A stretch of 64,000 bases of DNA from Cyanophora paradoxa CCMP329 (GCA_004431415.1 QPMI01000439.1:186001-250000); one strand, 5' to 3'; shown: positions 1-11,081, numbered from the stretch's first letter. The notes: generated from the letters alone by a model not told the origin. Numbers and translations are program-made.

Positions 1-846
1 AGAGACGTCATCACCATCTCTGTCGACAATGCGCAGTCGCAAAGAGGTCAGCACCAGACGTTCTTCGATGGGGATCCACTCGCCGTCGTGTTCCTGATTT
101 ATATAAACGAACTTGCCAACATCCTGGCTCATCTGGATTCGAGCAAGCCCGTAGTTGCACATTGTTTTGGCCCCACGGCGAAGCTTTGAAGCAAACGGCC
201 GTAGCTCTTCGCAGACAAGGAAGAGGTACTGGTCGCTGTTCATGTCGATTATCTTTGGAAATTCGACAGCATAACCAAGTGGCTCACTCCGCATTCTTCC
301 GGTGAAATCAATGCCATACTCAGGGTGAGCAGGTGTAACTGGAATGCCAGCAACCTCGAGATACCGCTCAGCTGCAGTTGCTGGTCTTTGCCCCCCTTCA
401 AGCACGATAGGAGACAGCTGGAGGGACTCATTTCGGTTCAGCCCCAGCAGGTTCGATAGAGCTTTGAACTGGCAGGTCAGTGTGCAGGAACGGTTGCAAT
501 AGGCAGACATCTTCAGTGTCTCTGGGTCCCGAAACAATTTGAAATATGCGATTGAGATCCCTTCTAGCCTAATATTAAACGAGAGGCCGAAGTTGAAAAG
601 ATCTGTCTCTCCATAATTTGCAGTCGTAATTATGCCTGGCTCAAAAACCTCCACATTTTCTGTTCCAATATAAGGAAAGGTGATCGAAAGATACTCATCT
701 TTAATGCTCGTGTAAAGGCTATTTGCGAACTCACACTGGGTAAGTCGAACAGCAACTGGATTGATTATAGGTTCATTGATTTCGAGCACAAAGTTTGCCT
801 CTGAATCGATTGGCCTTCTGTCTCTGCTGTCAAAGGTTAGCCGCAT
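1..846 (-). CDS. Minor capsid (penton-like) protein, 3'-truncated by window edge; absent from ORF track
   Basis: Manual translation from ATG 846 stays open for 282 codons to base 1: MRLTFDSRDRRPIDSEANFVLEINEPIINPVAVRLTQCEFANSLY...LSNLLGL...DQYLFLVCEEL...LARIQM...LTSLRLRIVDRDG. The DSRDR motif and layout match the element 2 gene at 56104. Confidence 0.75.
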   Translation of the reverse strand, partial: MRLTFDSRDRRPIDSEANFVLEINEPIINPVAVRLTQCEFANSLYTSIKDEYLSITFPYIGTENVEVFEPGIITTANYGETDLFNFGLSFNIRLEGISIAYFKLFRDPETLKMSAYCNRSCTLTCQFKALSNLLGLNRNESLQLSPIVLEGGQRPATAAERYLEVAGIPVTPAHPEYGIDFTGRMRSEPLGYAVEFPKIIDMNSDQYLFLVCEELRPFASKLRRGAKTMCNYGLARIQMSQDVGKFVYINQEHDGEWIPIEERLVLTSLRLRIVDRDGDDVS

Positions 847-873
847 TTTTATTCTCTAACTGATATAAAAAAG

Positions 874-1830
874 ATGCCGACGGACTACGTCTGCATTGCA
901 AGTCACCAAGCGGAGGAGCTGACATCCACCTCGAAATTTAAAGTAAGACTGCCTAAAGTTTATCAGGATGTGAAAGCTGTGCGCTTGGTATCAGCTGAGA
1001 TCCCCAACACTATGAGCACAATTGATGTACTCGATCCGGCAGAGGATTTGGTCTTTGACACCTACATATATTGGTGCAAATATGATCCTACTAATGAAGG
1101 ACCCGACCCACCTCAGGCCGGCTTTGGAGCGTGGAATAACATTGCAATTCCACCTGGAAATTACGACGTCACCTCGCTTGTGACAGAGATAAACGAAAGG
1201 TTGACGGGAACAGGTATCACGTGCACGTATAATTCAGCGATCAAATTAATAGGGTTCACAGCTAACTTCGAGTTCTTTATTGCTCTGATGTTGCCAACGA
1301 ACCAGGGTGGGCGGGAAGTCAGAAACTACCAGGCCGTTGCAAGGGCTCAGCGAACTGCAAAGCTTCTAGGGCTGCGATCAATTCTACCGATTCGGTCAAA
1401 GACATTATCTATAAATACTGAATATATAGCAGGCGCTTATGAGCCTGATGTCACTCCCGATGATCATGTGCTCCTACGCATTCCTGAAATTGGTGACCTT
1501 GTCAGTATGCCCAATACTTCAATACCTGGCTTCTTTGCCAAAATTAGCATTCCAAACAGCCTTCGTCCAGGCGAGATAGCATACTTTGATTCAACTGAAG
1601 CAACTCCTTTGTACAAGTATGTTTATTCAAAGCTGGACCTCTACTCTGTGACTATTGAGATTTACGATTTTATGCAGCGAATCGCTGATTTAAATGGAGC
1701 TCCTGTGTCATTTATTCTCGAAATTCGTTATGGTCCAGACGAACCCAATGGTGATGTTGTCTACGAGCTCGCAAAGCTTCAGCTCCAGAAAAGATCGAAG
1801 ACATATCCTTGGATCAATTCGTCAAACTGA
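874..1830 (+). CDS. Minor capsid (penton-like) protein
   Basis: 318 aa. FKVRLPKVYQDVKAVRLVSAEIPN, IPPGNY, LLG, FFAKI and DLNGAPVSFILEI follow the single jelly-roll penton pattern; lies directly upstream of the MCP. Confidence 0.75.
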   Translation: MPTDYVCIASHQAEELTSTSKFKVRLPKVYQDVKAVRLVSAEIPNTMSTIDVLDPAEDLVFDTYIYWCKYDPTNEGPDPPQAGFGAWNNIAIPPGNYDVTSLVTEINERLTGTGITCTYNSAIKLIGFTANFEFFIALMLPTNQGGREVRNYQAVARAQRTAKLLGLRSILPIRSKTLSINTEYIAGAYEPDVTPDDHVLLRIPEIGDLVSMPNTSIPGFFAKISIPNSLRPGEIAYFDSTEATPLYKYVYSKLDLYSVTIEIYDFMQRIADLNGAPVSFILEIRYGPDEPNGDVVYELAKLQLQKRSKTYPWINSSN

Positions 1831-1874
1831 GCTAAGCTCCAAATTATTTTCTTTCACTGCAATTATATAAATCG

Positions 1875-3263
1875 ATGGATGTTACTCAAAATTTGCAGCG
1901 GCTCGGCCTCAAGGAGCTCCTGACAACTCCGCAGGAAGCTAAGGACTTTTTCATGAACAATGAGCTTATGTTAGGTCTAACCAGCCAAACAAAGCCTGTG
2001 CGTGTTGTTGTCAACCCAAGCAATGACTATGGAGACTGCTTCGGAAAGAGGGTTACTTATTTCCTGCCCCGGTACAATTTCCTTCAGGGGCTCGAACTGC
2101 AGTTCACCCTTCCAGAGTTGACTGCATTTACTGGTGACACTGACCTGGTTCGCACTGGTTATTTGCGATCGGTTGGTGCTCTTGTAAAGCGAATCGAAAT
2201 CAAATATGCTTCCTACAGCTACATTGTCCCCGAGGACTGGCTTGTTCACAGCGCTCTGATTTTCAATGATGATGCTCAGCTCAAAAAGAAGTACCGATCC
2301 GGTGGCTGGCTCCATGGAACACCACCTCAGGGGAGCAATCGCGCTGGAGGTATTTTCAGTGTAAAGATCCCCTGCCCCTGGGAGGGCTCAGTGCTTCCAA
2401 TTGGTGCGCTATCGGGCGAGGTGTCTGTGGAGGTTTGGTTCCGTGACCGTGCCCAGGGCTTCGTTGAGACCAGCTATGGTGGTAGGTTTGTAGCAGAATA
2501 TGCCGCAAACGGTGATGCCTCTAAAGATGATGGACTCGGGAGCGTAGGCGCTGCCGCTGCATCCCCTGCAAACATTGGCCAGAATATAACCCCCAATGTC
2601 CTCACTGTCACCCCTGCCAATCCCGAGCTATCGAATCCAAAGATTATAGCTCACTGCATCAACGTTGATGAGGCCACTTTTGCCCAGGTTATTGAAAAAG
2701 TCAAATCGTCTGGAATTGCAATTCCCGCTACGGAGGTCGGCTGGGTTGATGCTGATTCAATTACCTATGCAGGTGCGGGTGCGCCCACCCGGATTAATCT
2801 GTCTCAAATCAGTGGACTCTGCTATGGCCTATTTGTTAGCATTCGCAAGCAGACAAATATGAACCAAACTGATGGAAAACACAGTGTCCTTAAAACTGAG
2901 GCCAATGCTCGTGACATAACTATTTCCTGCGAATTGAATGGCCAGCGACTTTATTCTAACGAGCCTGTGCCACTCTTGCAAGGTGCTGAGCTCATTGCTG
3001 ATGTGTTCAAGTGCTCGAATCTCGACGCGCCTCTTAACAGATATGTTCTGAGTGGATTGCCATTTTGCATTAGTGGGGATAAATCGATCCGAAATGCAGC
3101 TCAAACTGGTTTCGTGGATCTCACCAACAGCAGCAGCTGCTTCCTGAATATTATGAACCCTGCAGCGTATGATGCAAACAACAAGATCTACGTTCAGGTA
3201 CGAGCACTCCTGCACACTGTCCTAATTGTTGATGCTGCGGGACTTCGGAAAGTTAATCTCTAG
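1875..3263 (+). CDS. Major capsid protein (putative double jelly-roll)
   Basis: 462 aa, beta-rich, between penton and ATPase. Colinear homology to 54830-56059 (LKELLTT, LPR..L.G..L.F, IP.TE, SGL, NSSS). Fold is inferred from size and context. Confidence 0.75.
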   Translation: MDVTQNLQRLGLKELLTTPQEAKDFFMNNELMLGLTSQTKPVRVVVNPSNDYGDCFGKRVTYFLPRYNFLQGLELQFTLPELTAFTGDTDLVRTGYLRSVGALVKRIEIKYASYSYIVPEDWLVHSALIFNDDAQLKKKYRSGGWLHGTPPQGSNRAGGIFSVKIPCPWEGSVLPIGALSGEVSVEVWFRDRAQGFVETSYGGRFVAEYAANGDASKDDGLGSVGAAAASPANIGQNITPNVLTVTPANPELSNPKIIAHCINVDEATFAQVIEKVKSSGIAIPATEVGWVDADSITYAGAGAPTRINLSQISGLCYGLFVSIRKQTNMNQTDGKHSVLKTEANARDITISCELNGQRLYSNEPVPLLQGAELIADVFKCSNLDAPLNRYVLSGLPFCISGDKSIRNAAQTGFVDLTNSSSCFLNIMNPAAYDANNKIYVQVRALLHTVLIVDAAGLRKVNL

Positions 3264-3312
3264 TCAAAGTGTCGCGGTTGTGTTTGCCTGCGAATTTCAG
3301 TAGTTAATTTTT

Positions 3313-4059
3313 TTGATGGATGAGTCTCAAGAGCTCGCACAGTTCCAGCCGGGAGACATGAGGGTCCCATTTAAGGCCCTGTTTATATCGAAATCTAATA
3401 GCGGCAAGTCTTTCTACTGCACCAAGCATCTGCTGCGGCTGCTCTATCCAAAGATCAACCGAGTCGTCGTTTTCACTGCCACCAAATTCAATGGTGAATA
3501 CTCTGCAATAACGAAAGAGCTTTACGATGATTTTCAACCCGCCATAGTTGCAGAAATCATTGATTCGCAGCGAAAGTTGATCGAAAACAAAGAGAAAGCA
3601 CCGCAGATATTGCTAGTCTTGGATGATCTTGTTGCCGCCTCTGAAACCGTGGATCTGCGAAATAGCAAGGCTGTAAATCGCCTTTTTACGCAGGGTCGCC
3701 ATTTTAATATCAGTACAATTCTTATGACCCAAAAGCTAACAGCTCTTAGTCAATCTATAAGATCGAACTCCGACTATTGTTTTTTCTTCAGTTACTCTAA
3801 TCACACGGAGCTGGAGGCGATCTATAGAGAGTTCAGTCATCTCCCAAAAGATGAATTTATAGCCTTGTTCGAAACCTGGGCCCACGATTATCAGTGCCTA
3901 GTCCTGGATGGGACAAAGTACGATACGGCCTGGTATGTTGATAAGGCAGTTGAAGATAAGAGTTTTCGTTTTACAAAATGGCTAAGACAAGAAGAGCCTA
4001 AGAAAGAAGAGTCAACGCCTGTTCATCCCAAAAAGAAGCGTTTTAAAATCTTATCATAA
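3313..4059 (+). CDS. A32/FtsK-like genome packaging ATPase
   Basis: Walker A variant SKSNSGKS, Walker B LLVLDD, QGRHFNIS, MTQ and IRSN motifs typical of Polinton/NCLDV packaging ATPases. Confidence 0.9.
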   Translation: MMDESQELAQFQPGDMRVPFKALFISKSNSGKSFYCTKHLLRLLYPKINRVVVFTATKFNGEYSAITKELYDDFQPAIVAEIIDSQRKLIENKEKAPQILLVLDDLVAASETVDLRNSKAVNRLFTQGRHFNISTILMTQKLTALSQSIRSNSDYCFFFSYSNHTELEAIYREFSHLPKDEFIALFETWAHDYQCLVLDGTKYDTAWYVDKAVEDKSFRFTKWLRQEEPKKEESTPVHPKKKRFKILS

Positions 4060-4068
4060 GAAAAGAAG

Positions 4069-4700
4069 ATGCCACGCGGTGTTCCAAGAAAAGGCTACCG
4101 GGAACGAAGGGTGCTCCCCGAGCCCAATGCTCCACTGATTGAAAGTGGCTCGACTGAGGGTGCAGCAGTTGCCGATCCTAGCGGTGAGTTAGCTAGTGAC
4201 CCCCGTTTAAATGCACCCGTAGCTAAAACGATTGCCTCGGCAGCTGCTAATGCCAGTGCGACCGACGACCGGCACGCACAGGCTAAAACTGTAAACGAAA
4301 TGCAGTCCGATATTGACGCCGACGCGGCAAGGATCCTCCAAGCGATGGCTAGCGAGCCGCGGTACTCTGGCCCTAAAATACGTGCGCCAGCTTTGAGCAA
4401 AAGCCAGTTCGATGAGCTTGCAGCGAAATTACGCGACCTTGAGGCGAGGTCATCAAATATTGAGTCGTACGAAAGGAAAAGCAAGAGCGAGCAAAGATCC
4501 GCGATATGTTGCGCAGCGAAATGTTTAAGCACAGACCTATGGACGTACCAGATTTACGCTATTTGAAAATCGAAAAAGAAAAAGCCTCGCAGGCCCTGGA
4601 TGATGCAGCTGTAAAGCCCGCAACGCCTTATGTGTCTGAGTCCAATACTACAAGCTCTCAAATGAAGGGAGCTCTGGGTGGTCGGCGGATTCGACTGTAA
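4069..4700 (+). CDS. Hypothetical basic/coiled-coil viral protein, split by 1-nt frameshift
   Basis: ORFs 4069-4566 and 4506-4700 join (YERKKQERAKIRDMLRSEMF) if one A is added to the A-run at ~4477-4480. Confidence 0.55.
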
Positions 4701-4944
4701 TCAGTTCGCCCAGCCCGTCGGCTTCGACTGTAGGACGTCGCTGCTGCTTTGCGAAGTCAATCATCTTCCTAAGCTCAGAGCCCTCTATTGTGCGGCACAT
4801 TTCGAATGCGCGCTCAAGCTTTTGCTTATCGTATGGGCGCAAATGCGGCCACGAAATTAACCATTCTGCATATTTTGGATCCCTGTAAACAACCTCCAGA
4901 TGCGTCTCCCCTCGATACTTGCCAAATCGGATCGTTGCTGGCAT
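4648..4944 (-). CDS. Small protein with FGKYRG...DP.Y..W motif (DUF3820 / ExoX C-terminal-like)
   Basis: TIRFGKYRGETHLEVVYRDPKYAEWL; homolog at the syntenic position in element 2 (53962-54345). Confidence 0.65.
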   Translation of the reverse strand: MPATIRFGKYRGETHLEVVYRDPKYAEWLISWPHLRPYDKQKLERAFEMCRTIEGSELRKMIDFAKQQRRPTVEADGLGELITVESADHPELPSFESL

Positions 4945-5055
4945 TGTTTTAATTATATCTCGGATTTAATTCTCGAAATCCAACGCAGTTGGTCGTTCTG
5001 CGATTGATGCCATAAAATTATTTCGCTCCTTGTTTGTGACGAGAAACCCGCAAAT

Positions 5056-5331
5056 ATGGATGCCGAATCATCGCCAAAGCGCCCAGGCCGCAAGCCAATT
5101 GTTGTCACCCCTGAAATCGCTGCGGCACGGAAGGCCAAGCGAGCCGAGAGCCATCGGCGCAGGTACAATGAAGATCCTGATTACCGGCGACGTCACATCG
5201 AAGCCAGTCTGAAATATCAACGCAATAACAGTGAGGGCCATCTGGAGGCCAATCGCCGCTATCGCAATCGAATCTACGAAAAGTTAGCACTGCTAGAGTC
5301 CCTCCAACAATCAATTGTTATAGCTCTCTAA
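5056..5331 (+). CDS. Small basic helical putative DNA-binding protein
   Basis: RPGRKPIVVTPEIAAARKAKRAE...YRRR; homologous and syntenic with 52924-53268 (GPKPMEVTPEILAERRRKNAE). Confidence 0.65.
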   Translation: MDAESSPKRPGRKPIVVTPEIAAARKAKRAESHRRRYNEDPDYRRRHIEASLKYQRNNSEGHLEANRRYRNRIYEKLALLESLQQSIVIAL

Positions 5332-5397
5332 TGGCCGGCAATAAGTAAAAAGAGGGGAGCGAAAGAAGAAGAAAGCCAAGATGGCTCCCTTTCTTTT

Positions 5398-6585
5398 TCA
5401 CGCGCGTGGGCGGAGAGTTCGCGTATTGCCAGGGGCTGAGTACGCTGCAGTTTTATTCTGGAACGACGAATACCATCTCTGTGTTGCCCCTCCTGGGTTC
5501 AGCTTCTCTTTACCTGCAGTCAACAATTGCTTTTGCAAACGCTCGAGTTTGCGCGCTCTCTCTATATCACTCTTGTCTAGATTCTCTTGCATTAGATTAA
5601 TCTCTTTCTTCCTGCGCTGCTGTGCCCGCTGTGCTGCATTGCCCGCACGACGTTCCTCTGAATCTGCCGCTACTTTCAATAGTCGCTGGTAGGTCACCGC
5701 TTTGTCGTAACCCGAAAGCGTAAATTTGAGCAGCGGCCCAAAGCCACCTATCTCCGTGATCGTATAGATTTCTTTTGAATACGTCGGCTTTGAAGACTTG
5801 TCGAAACGCTGCCGCTCTAGCTGCACTCGCACCCGATCGCCTACCTTAAATTCCGCTTGGGCAAAATAGTGCTGTTGCTCGTACGCTTCTCTCTGGTAGT
5901 CGTTGCGTGCAATTGTCTCCTTCGGATTTTCTGCTGCAGCGTTCGGCGACGTACCAATTGACCTATGCTCTGACGAATTATAATTGCGCAAGAAAGCAGG
6001 CAGCTTATCGATATATCTGTCCGTGTCGTACGCATCCATGTACTTTGCAATGATGCGCTTAAGCGTACCATTAAATCTCTCTATTTTGCCGTTTGCTTGC
6101 GGGCGATGCGCCTCCACTGCATTATGCTTGATGCCCATACTCGCTAGCATTGTGGCTGCGGTTCCTTTGAACTCCTGATCTGTCTGAATGACGTCCGGCT
6201 TCGAGGGGAGTGCATCAATCAATTTCTTCAAACTGGCTAGCAGAGTGCTTTCCGATTTCGTCTTCATAGGGATGCTATACGCTTTGCGCGTCGTCACATC
6301 GATACCGTTCATAATAAAAGTAATCCCTCGATTAGTTCTCGCGTACGGGGTCACATCAATCAGATCGACTTCGTAGTACTTTTCGGGCTCCCCGTAAATT
6401 ATGCTGGTCGATGGCTTTTCCTTTACAGGTTTCGCAAAACGCTGCGCAGTCGTCAATTTTGAAAGTACGTCCTGCACTCTTGATAGCGGTAAATTGAGCC
6501 GCTTAGCTATCCTCGCCGCAGACTGAAAGCCAGTTTCCGGATCGTAATAAGCTTGCTTAATTCGGCTCGCCTGCGCGGTACTCAT
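5398..6585 (-). CDS. Retroviral-type (rve) DDE integrase, Polinton class
   Basis: N-terminal YYDPETGF, YEVDLID, IQTDQE, NGKIERFNGTLK, YNSSEHRSIGTSP, FKVGDRVRV. Confidence 0.93.
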   Translation of the reverse strand: MSTAQASRIKQAYYDPETGFQSAARIAKRLNLPLSRVQDVLSKLTTAQRFAKPVKEKPSTSIIYGEPEKYYEVDLIDVTPYARTNRGITFIMNGIDVTTRKAYSIPMKTKSESTLLASLKKLIDALPSKPDVIQTDQEFKGTAATMLASMGIKHNAVEAHRPQANGKIERFNGTLKRIIAKYMDAYDTDRYIDKLPAFLRNYNSSEHRSIGTSPNAAAENPKETIARNDYQREAYEQQHYFAQAEFKVGDRVRVQLERQRFDKSSKPTYSKEIYTITEIGGFGPLLKFTLSGYDKAVTYQRLLKVAADSEERRAGNAAQRAQQRRKKEINLMQENLDKSDIERARKLERLQKQLLTAGKEKLNPGGATQRWYSSFQNKTAAYSAPGNTRTLRPRA

Positions 6586-9500
6586 GGGGGACGCTACTAT
6601 AGTATTCGTCCGAAATTATCTTGCGCTTTGTATACTGCGACTTGTTCAGCTGTCGAGCGAACGGAATTTGGATCATGGAACTAAAGCTGATTCCGCTCTC
6701 CCGTTGCCGCCCGTTCGGTTTATAAACACGGGCCAGCTTTGATTCGATTGTGCATTTGGGTTGGTACGTGGGATCCTCGAGCATGCACCTGTAAGCATCC
6801 AGAGCGATCCTGCGGTCGAGGGCCCCTTTCCTCGCCTCTGGTTCGTCTGGTAGCCAGTGCTCCTGGATCCACGATTGCGGAATCCCCTTTGCGCGTACAT
6901 GCAGATCAAGCTGCGCGTCGCTGTCACGTACAAATGAACACGTATAAAGCTTCGGCCCAATGAAGTACGCTTCCACAATCCGCCCTTTAATGTCACAGTC
7001 AAGTTTCCCTAGTTCCTGCCTGCAAATGTCCGCATCTGTTGCCGTCGCTATATCATATGCTGGCTTCATATAACCTTTTGCCCGCAGCAGATCAGCGTAT
7101 TTTCGATGGACAATCAAAGAGTCCGTATCAGTATAAAACGGCATTGCATCGATGCTCCAGTATGCGCCTATTTCAATCAGAAACCTGTCCATGATCTCCC
7201 GCGAATATGACAGAATAAATGCGCCAATAAAGCACGGTTTAGTGACAGCTCTATCACGCTTGGACTCCTCAATCTCGTACGTGACAAACATCCGCGTGTC
7301 TGATTCGATCGAAATGTCTGTGATCTGCGCTGATCGCTGAATTTCTCGAAATCGCTTGTATGATGTGACCAGATCCGAGGTTGTGATCACAGGCCGCTGG
7401 CAATATTTACCGTAAAGGCCATTCATGTAAATCTTTGACGTCGCATACGGAGCTGTTCCCTTGCGAGATCTAGCTTTCTGGCAGTACATCCGCTCCATGT
7501 AGGTCTTAAACATCTGATCTTTACCGTCAAACAGGTAGACCTCGCGCACCTTCGTCACCTCGCATCCCAGTTTAATTGCACGATTAATATCGACTGACGT
7601 ATACCAACCGCGCTCAATTGGCTTGAGATTAGACCAGCCTAGATTAGATTCGTGCCGTGGCAGCGGAGAGAGCAGCAGATTTTGCGGAATTGTCACGTCC
7701 ACGCACGCAATAAACATCAACGAACGCTGATTCGATTGTAATATCTTGCAGAATCTGTCCAGCGCATCGGGCGACGTAATATGCTTGTACTTTCCAGTTG
7801 GAAACCAATTCTCGTACATAGCCGTCGGATACAAGCTTACAACATCCAGGTCGACTAAATAATCATCCGGGCCCGATGAGACGAATTTGCGTTTAAATGG
7901 GAGACACCGTCCACCATATATTGCCTGGCGCAGCACCTGATCATCCTTGTAGGTCGGTAGCGAAATTGGATTGATCAACGTCTGCCGATGAATCTGGAAC
8001 GCCATTGCCGAAGCTGTGGTTGTTTGCGTTGTGTTCACGTTTAAGCCGTACAGATCGAAGACTGCTGTCGAATATTTAATGTAAAGCTCTGTCATTGCCT
8101 TAACGTCGTCTTCCACGTACGGCTCCCATTCAGATTTAAAGCGCTCAACGTCCTCCCACGTTTTAATCTTGCTATGATCAAAATCTCCCTTTACGTTAGT
8201 GCAGCCGTAGTCCTTGCAGGCCTGTTTGAGCGAAGCCTGGATGTGCAGGCACGGATCAAACGTACTTATAGGCCCGCCTGCAGCCGTTTTCCACGACATA
8301 TTCTTGATCTTGCCGTTCGACCGCAGAACGTTTAATGCTGTATTCGGTCGATTTAACACGAGCCATTTGTAGACAAATATATAGTCAAAGCCAGACCCAT
8401 TGTAGAACACCAACGTCGTCTTTTCGCTGCGGCGCTCAAGCCAGCGCATGAACAAGTCCAACGTTTGCTCACCATAAATTAACTCGCATGGCGAGACCTC
8501 CCCTTTTTCAATCGTGCAATAGCTGACAGCATATGGAACGTGCGTCTTGCCGTTGGCAGCAAACGTTTCAAAATCCGCGCAGACAACGCTGTCCAACGCT
8601 GTAAATTCTGTCTCCGGTTTGCAGGGCTTGATTTGCCGCCCGATCACGTTTTGACGGCGCGTCATCTCCTGGCACTCTGATGAATGATCTTTTCTGGGGT
8701 CGTACGCGCGTTTGCAGTTATTGCAGAACGTGCATTGCTCCACATGCGTTGCCAAATCAAACATCTTTCCGCAGCAAGGGCACCGCTCCAGACCTAGTGT
8801 CGCCTCCTTTTTAATCAGGTAGCAATGCCCATCAATGTTGCAGAGAATTGCACGCTTCGAATAATCAAACTGGGTTCGAAAAAGCTCCTTGAATTTCGTG
8901 TTTGCCCACTCCGTCACAGTTGTATCTATCGAATAAAATCCGCAGATTGCTTCTACTGTGCTGCGATCAAGAGATATCATGCCCTTTCCCAGTCCGAGCC
9001 GCTCTCGAATAGATGCATAGGGTGCCTTTGCCAGCTTTTCGATTACTGTCTTCAGGCTCAGTCCGCGTGGATTTAATTTAACGTACTCAAAGCATTCGAG
9101 CACGCAGTCATTCGCTGGGGACATCGGGCAGTATAGCTTATCGACTGTCCTATGATGAAATGGCAATTTCGGAACATTGCCTAGGGCGCCAGCCGCGTTG
9201 TCTGCAATTAACACCTCGATCGATGTTACCGTCCAGAAATCGTCCTCCTGATATGACATTTGTGCTGACATCCACTGCGCAATCCGCTCATCTAAACTCT
9301 CAGTCAAACTCTGCAACCCGTTCTGTCTTATTTGGATCAGCTGGGTCGTATACATGTGATTATTGTCAAAGCGGAACCGGATTAACACAAATCGCCCTAT
9401 CATCTCTGCAATGCCCAGTTGACCCAGAACGTCGATAGTTAAATTCTTTACGGACTCCGGATCGTAGGTGGGCTCGATTGCATATACGTGCTTATCGAAT

Positions 9501-9898
9501 AGTAAATTCGGATAGCGGTGGTGCCTGTGAGAGAGCACCCCATCCAGATCTTGTGGCACGGGAATTTCTTCAACATCCTGAAATATATTAGGAACGTCCT
9601 CCAGTATCGCCTCCTCGGCCTGAACCGCGTTTGCGCGAGCTGCTGCAATTGCGCCAAAATGGCCTGCGAGCTGGCCTTCATATAAGCGGCGTGCTGGGCG
9701 AATCGTGCTCCGCAGTCGCAGCAGTGTCGCTATATATTTGCGAATCGTTTGGCCCCAGGTCCCGCTGCTAGCGTCCGCTAGGCGCATCAGTTTGTTTCGA
9801 AATGTCCCGTGAACATATCCACGATCATAAAGTTCTGTCGCTAAATTTCTAAGTTCGGCCTTAAGTGCTGCAGTGCTGGCCATTGCATGCGCTTCCAA
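6557..9898 (-). CDS. Protein-primed family B DNA polymerase (pPolB); likely start ATG 9883
   Basis: Exo motifs CADFET, YNGSGFDY and YVEDDV; pol motifs YGGR, DVVSLYP, YMNGLYGK, YTDTDS, PKLY and AKGI. N-terminal Cys/His pair (NDCVLEC...GHCY) and Cys-rich finger. Confidence 0.95.
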   Translation of the reverse strand: MEAHAMASTAALKAELRNLATELYDRGYVHGTFRNKLMRLADASSGTWGQTIRKYIATLLRLRSTIRPARRLYEGQLAGHFGAIAAARANAVQAEEAILEDVPNIFQDVEEIPVPQDLDGVLSHRHHRYPNLLFDKHVYAIEPTYDPESVKNLTIDVLGQLGIAEMIGRFVLIRFRFDNNHMYTTQLIQIRQNGLQSLTESLDERIAQWMSAQMSYQEDDFWTVTSIEVLIADNAAGALGNVPKLPFHHRTVDKLYCPMSPANDCVLECFEYVKLNPRGLSLKTVIEKLAKAPYASIRERLGLGKGMISLDRSTVEAICGFYSIDTTVTEWANTKFKELFRTQFDYSKRAILCNIDGHCYLIKKEATLGLERCPCCGKMFDLATHVEQCTFCNNCKRAYDPRKDHSSECQEMTRRQNVIGRQIKPCKPETEFTALDSVVCADFETFAANGKTHVPYAVSYCTIEKGEVSPCELIYGEQTLDLFMRWLERRSEKTTLVFYNGSGFDYIFVYKWLVLNRPNTALNVLRSNGKIKNMSWKTAAGGPISTFDPCLHIQASLKQACKDYGCTNVKGDFDHSKIKTWEDVERFKSEWEPYVEDDVKAMTELYIKYSTAVFDLYGLNVNTTQTTTASAMAFQIHRQTLINPISLPTYKDDQVLRQAIYGGRCLPFKRKFVSSGPDDYLVDLDVVSLYPTAMYENWFPTGKYKHITSPDALDRFCKILQSNQRSLMFIACVDVTIPQNLLLSPLPRHESNLGWSNLKPIERGWYTSVDINRAIKLGCEVTKVREVYLFDGKDQMFKTYMERMYCQKARSRKGTAPYATSKIYMNGLYGKYCQRPVITTSDLVTSYKRFREIQRSAQITDISIESDTRMFVTYEIEESKRDRAVTKPCFIGAFILSYSREIMDRFLIEIGAYWSIDAMPFYTDTDSLIVHRKYADLLRAKGYMKPAYDIATATDADICRQELGKLDCDIKGRIVEAYFIGPKLYTCSFVRDSDAQLDLHVRAKGIPQSWIQEHWLPDEPEARKGALDRRIALDAYRCMLEDPTYQPKCTIESKLARVYKPNGRQRESGISFSSMIQIPFARQLNKSQYTKRKIISDEYYSSVPHEYRAGEPN

Positions 9899-9989
9899 GA
9901 AGAGGGACTGAAATTAATTTCGGATTTCAGCGCAACAATCTCTGACTGCTAGATAGAATGCAGGAAACCTCTAAGCCATGCAAAAGAGG

Positions 9990-10917
9990 TCAAGGACTGG
10001 CCAGCATGATCGTGTTCACGATTTGTGACCATCTTGTAAACTGCTCTGAAGTCGGGACGAGCTCTGTGAAATAGTGGCCGCCATCTTCTCGTCTGATTCC
10101 CACCACAGCCACTCTAACCCCAGCTGCTTTCAATTTTAGGCAGAGCTCGTGCTGCGCCTTACGCTTACGCTTCAGTAGTCGCTCTGCGCGCTCCTCTGCT
10201 GTCAACTGCCGGCGAGGCTGCTGAGCTCGCCTGGCGTCGGTGCTAGCGCTAGCTATAGCCGGACCACTTCGCTCCCTCCAACCCCAAGCCCCCTGGAACG
10301 GAGCCATCAACCACTGGATCAAGATCTAGAGCCGTACGCGTGGCGTCGATCTCCTCACGATCAGAGCCCTGTTCGATCTCAGCAGCTGCATCAGCCGGTG
10401 CTGAATTATTATTCTCGTCATTTTCGCCTTGGCCGGCGCTGGCTATGCCCTCCGCTGCAGCTGGCTCTTCGGCTTCGCCAAGTACGGTGCTCGCTGTCTC
10501 TGACGCATTAGCGATAGACTGTGAATCCTCAACGCCTACATCTGGAATTGGGCAAATCGAATCAGCCTGGTGCGAGAACGTTTTGATACTCGCTAGGGAA
10601 AACGCAGTCAGATCAGCTTCTTCAACTCGTTGATAAGCCCGTTCGATGTCAGCCCGCAGTTGAGCTTGCTCAGGGGACGACCCAGCTATCTCCATCATTT
10701 GCACGTACTGCTGATTTGCGTCGCGCATGATTCTGTGAATTGATAGTATGCACATGTTAATCGAGTTAAGACTTTTCCTCGAGTTGCTGCTGAAAAATAG
10801 CTCAAAATACGCATAATCGCGCTGGCTTATTACTTGGCGCTCCAGTGCCGTCGAACATAGATGCTTCAGCCCCTCTTTCAGAGCACGCCGGTACGCTGTT
10901 GGATTGTGCGACGGCAT
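9990..10917 (-). CDS. Hypothetical viral protein(s): ORFs 10249-10917 and 9990-10322, possibly one frameshifted gene
   Basis: Two overlapping ORFs co-oriented with pPolB, one with an acidic Ala-rich middle and one with a basic C-terminus; no recognisable motif. Confidence 0.45.
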
Positions 10918-11081
10918 CTTGGCTTAGTGATTGTGGCGCTCTCGATCCGCGGCCGGAGCTGTAGCGCTAGATCGTGAAGCTATCTCTAAGACTTGCTAGG
11001 ACCTATATATATATAGCTAGCGCTAGCGCTAGCGCTACTGCTGTGCTAGCCGATTGCACAGTGTCACTGCAGACCGCCCGC

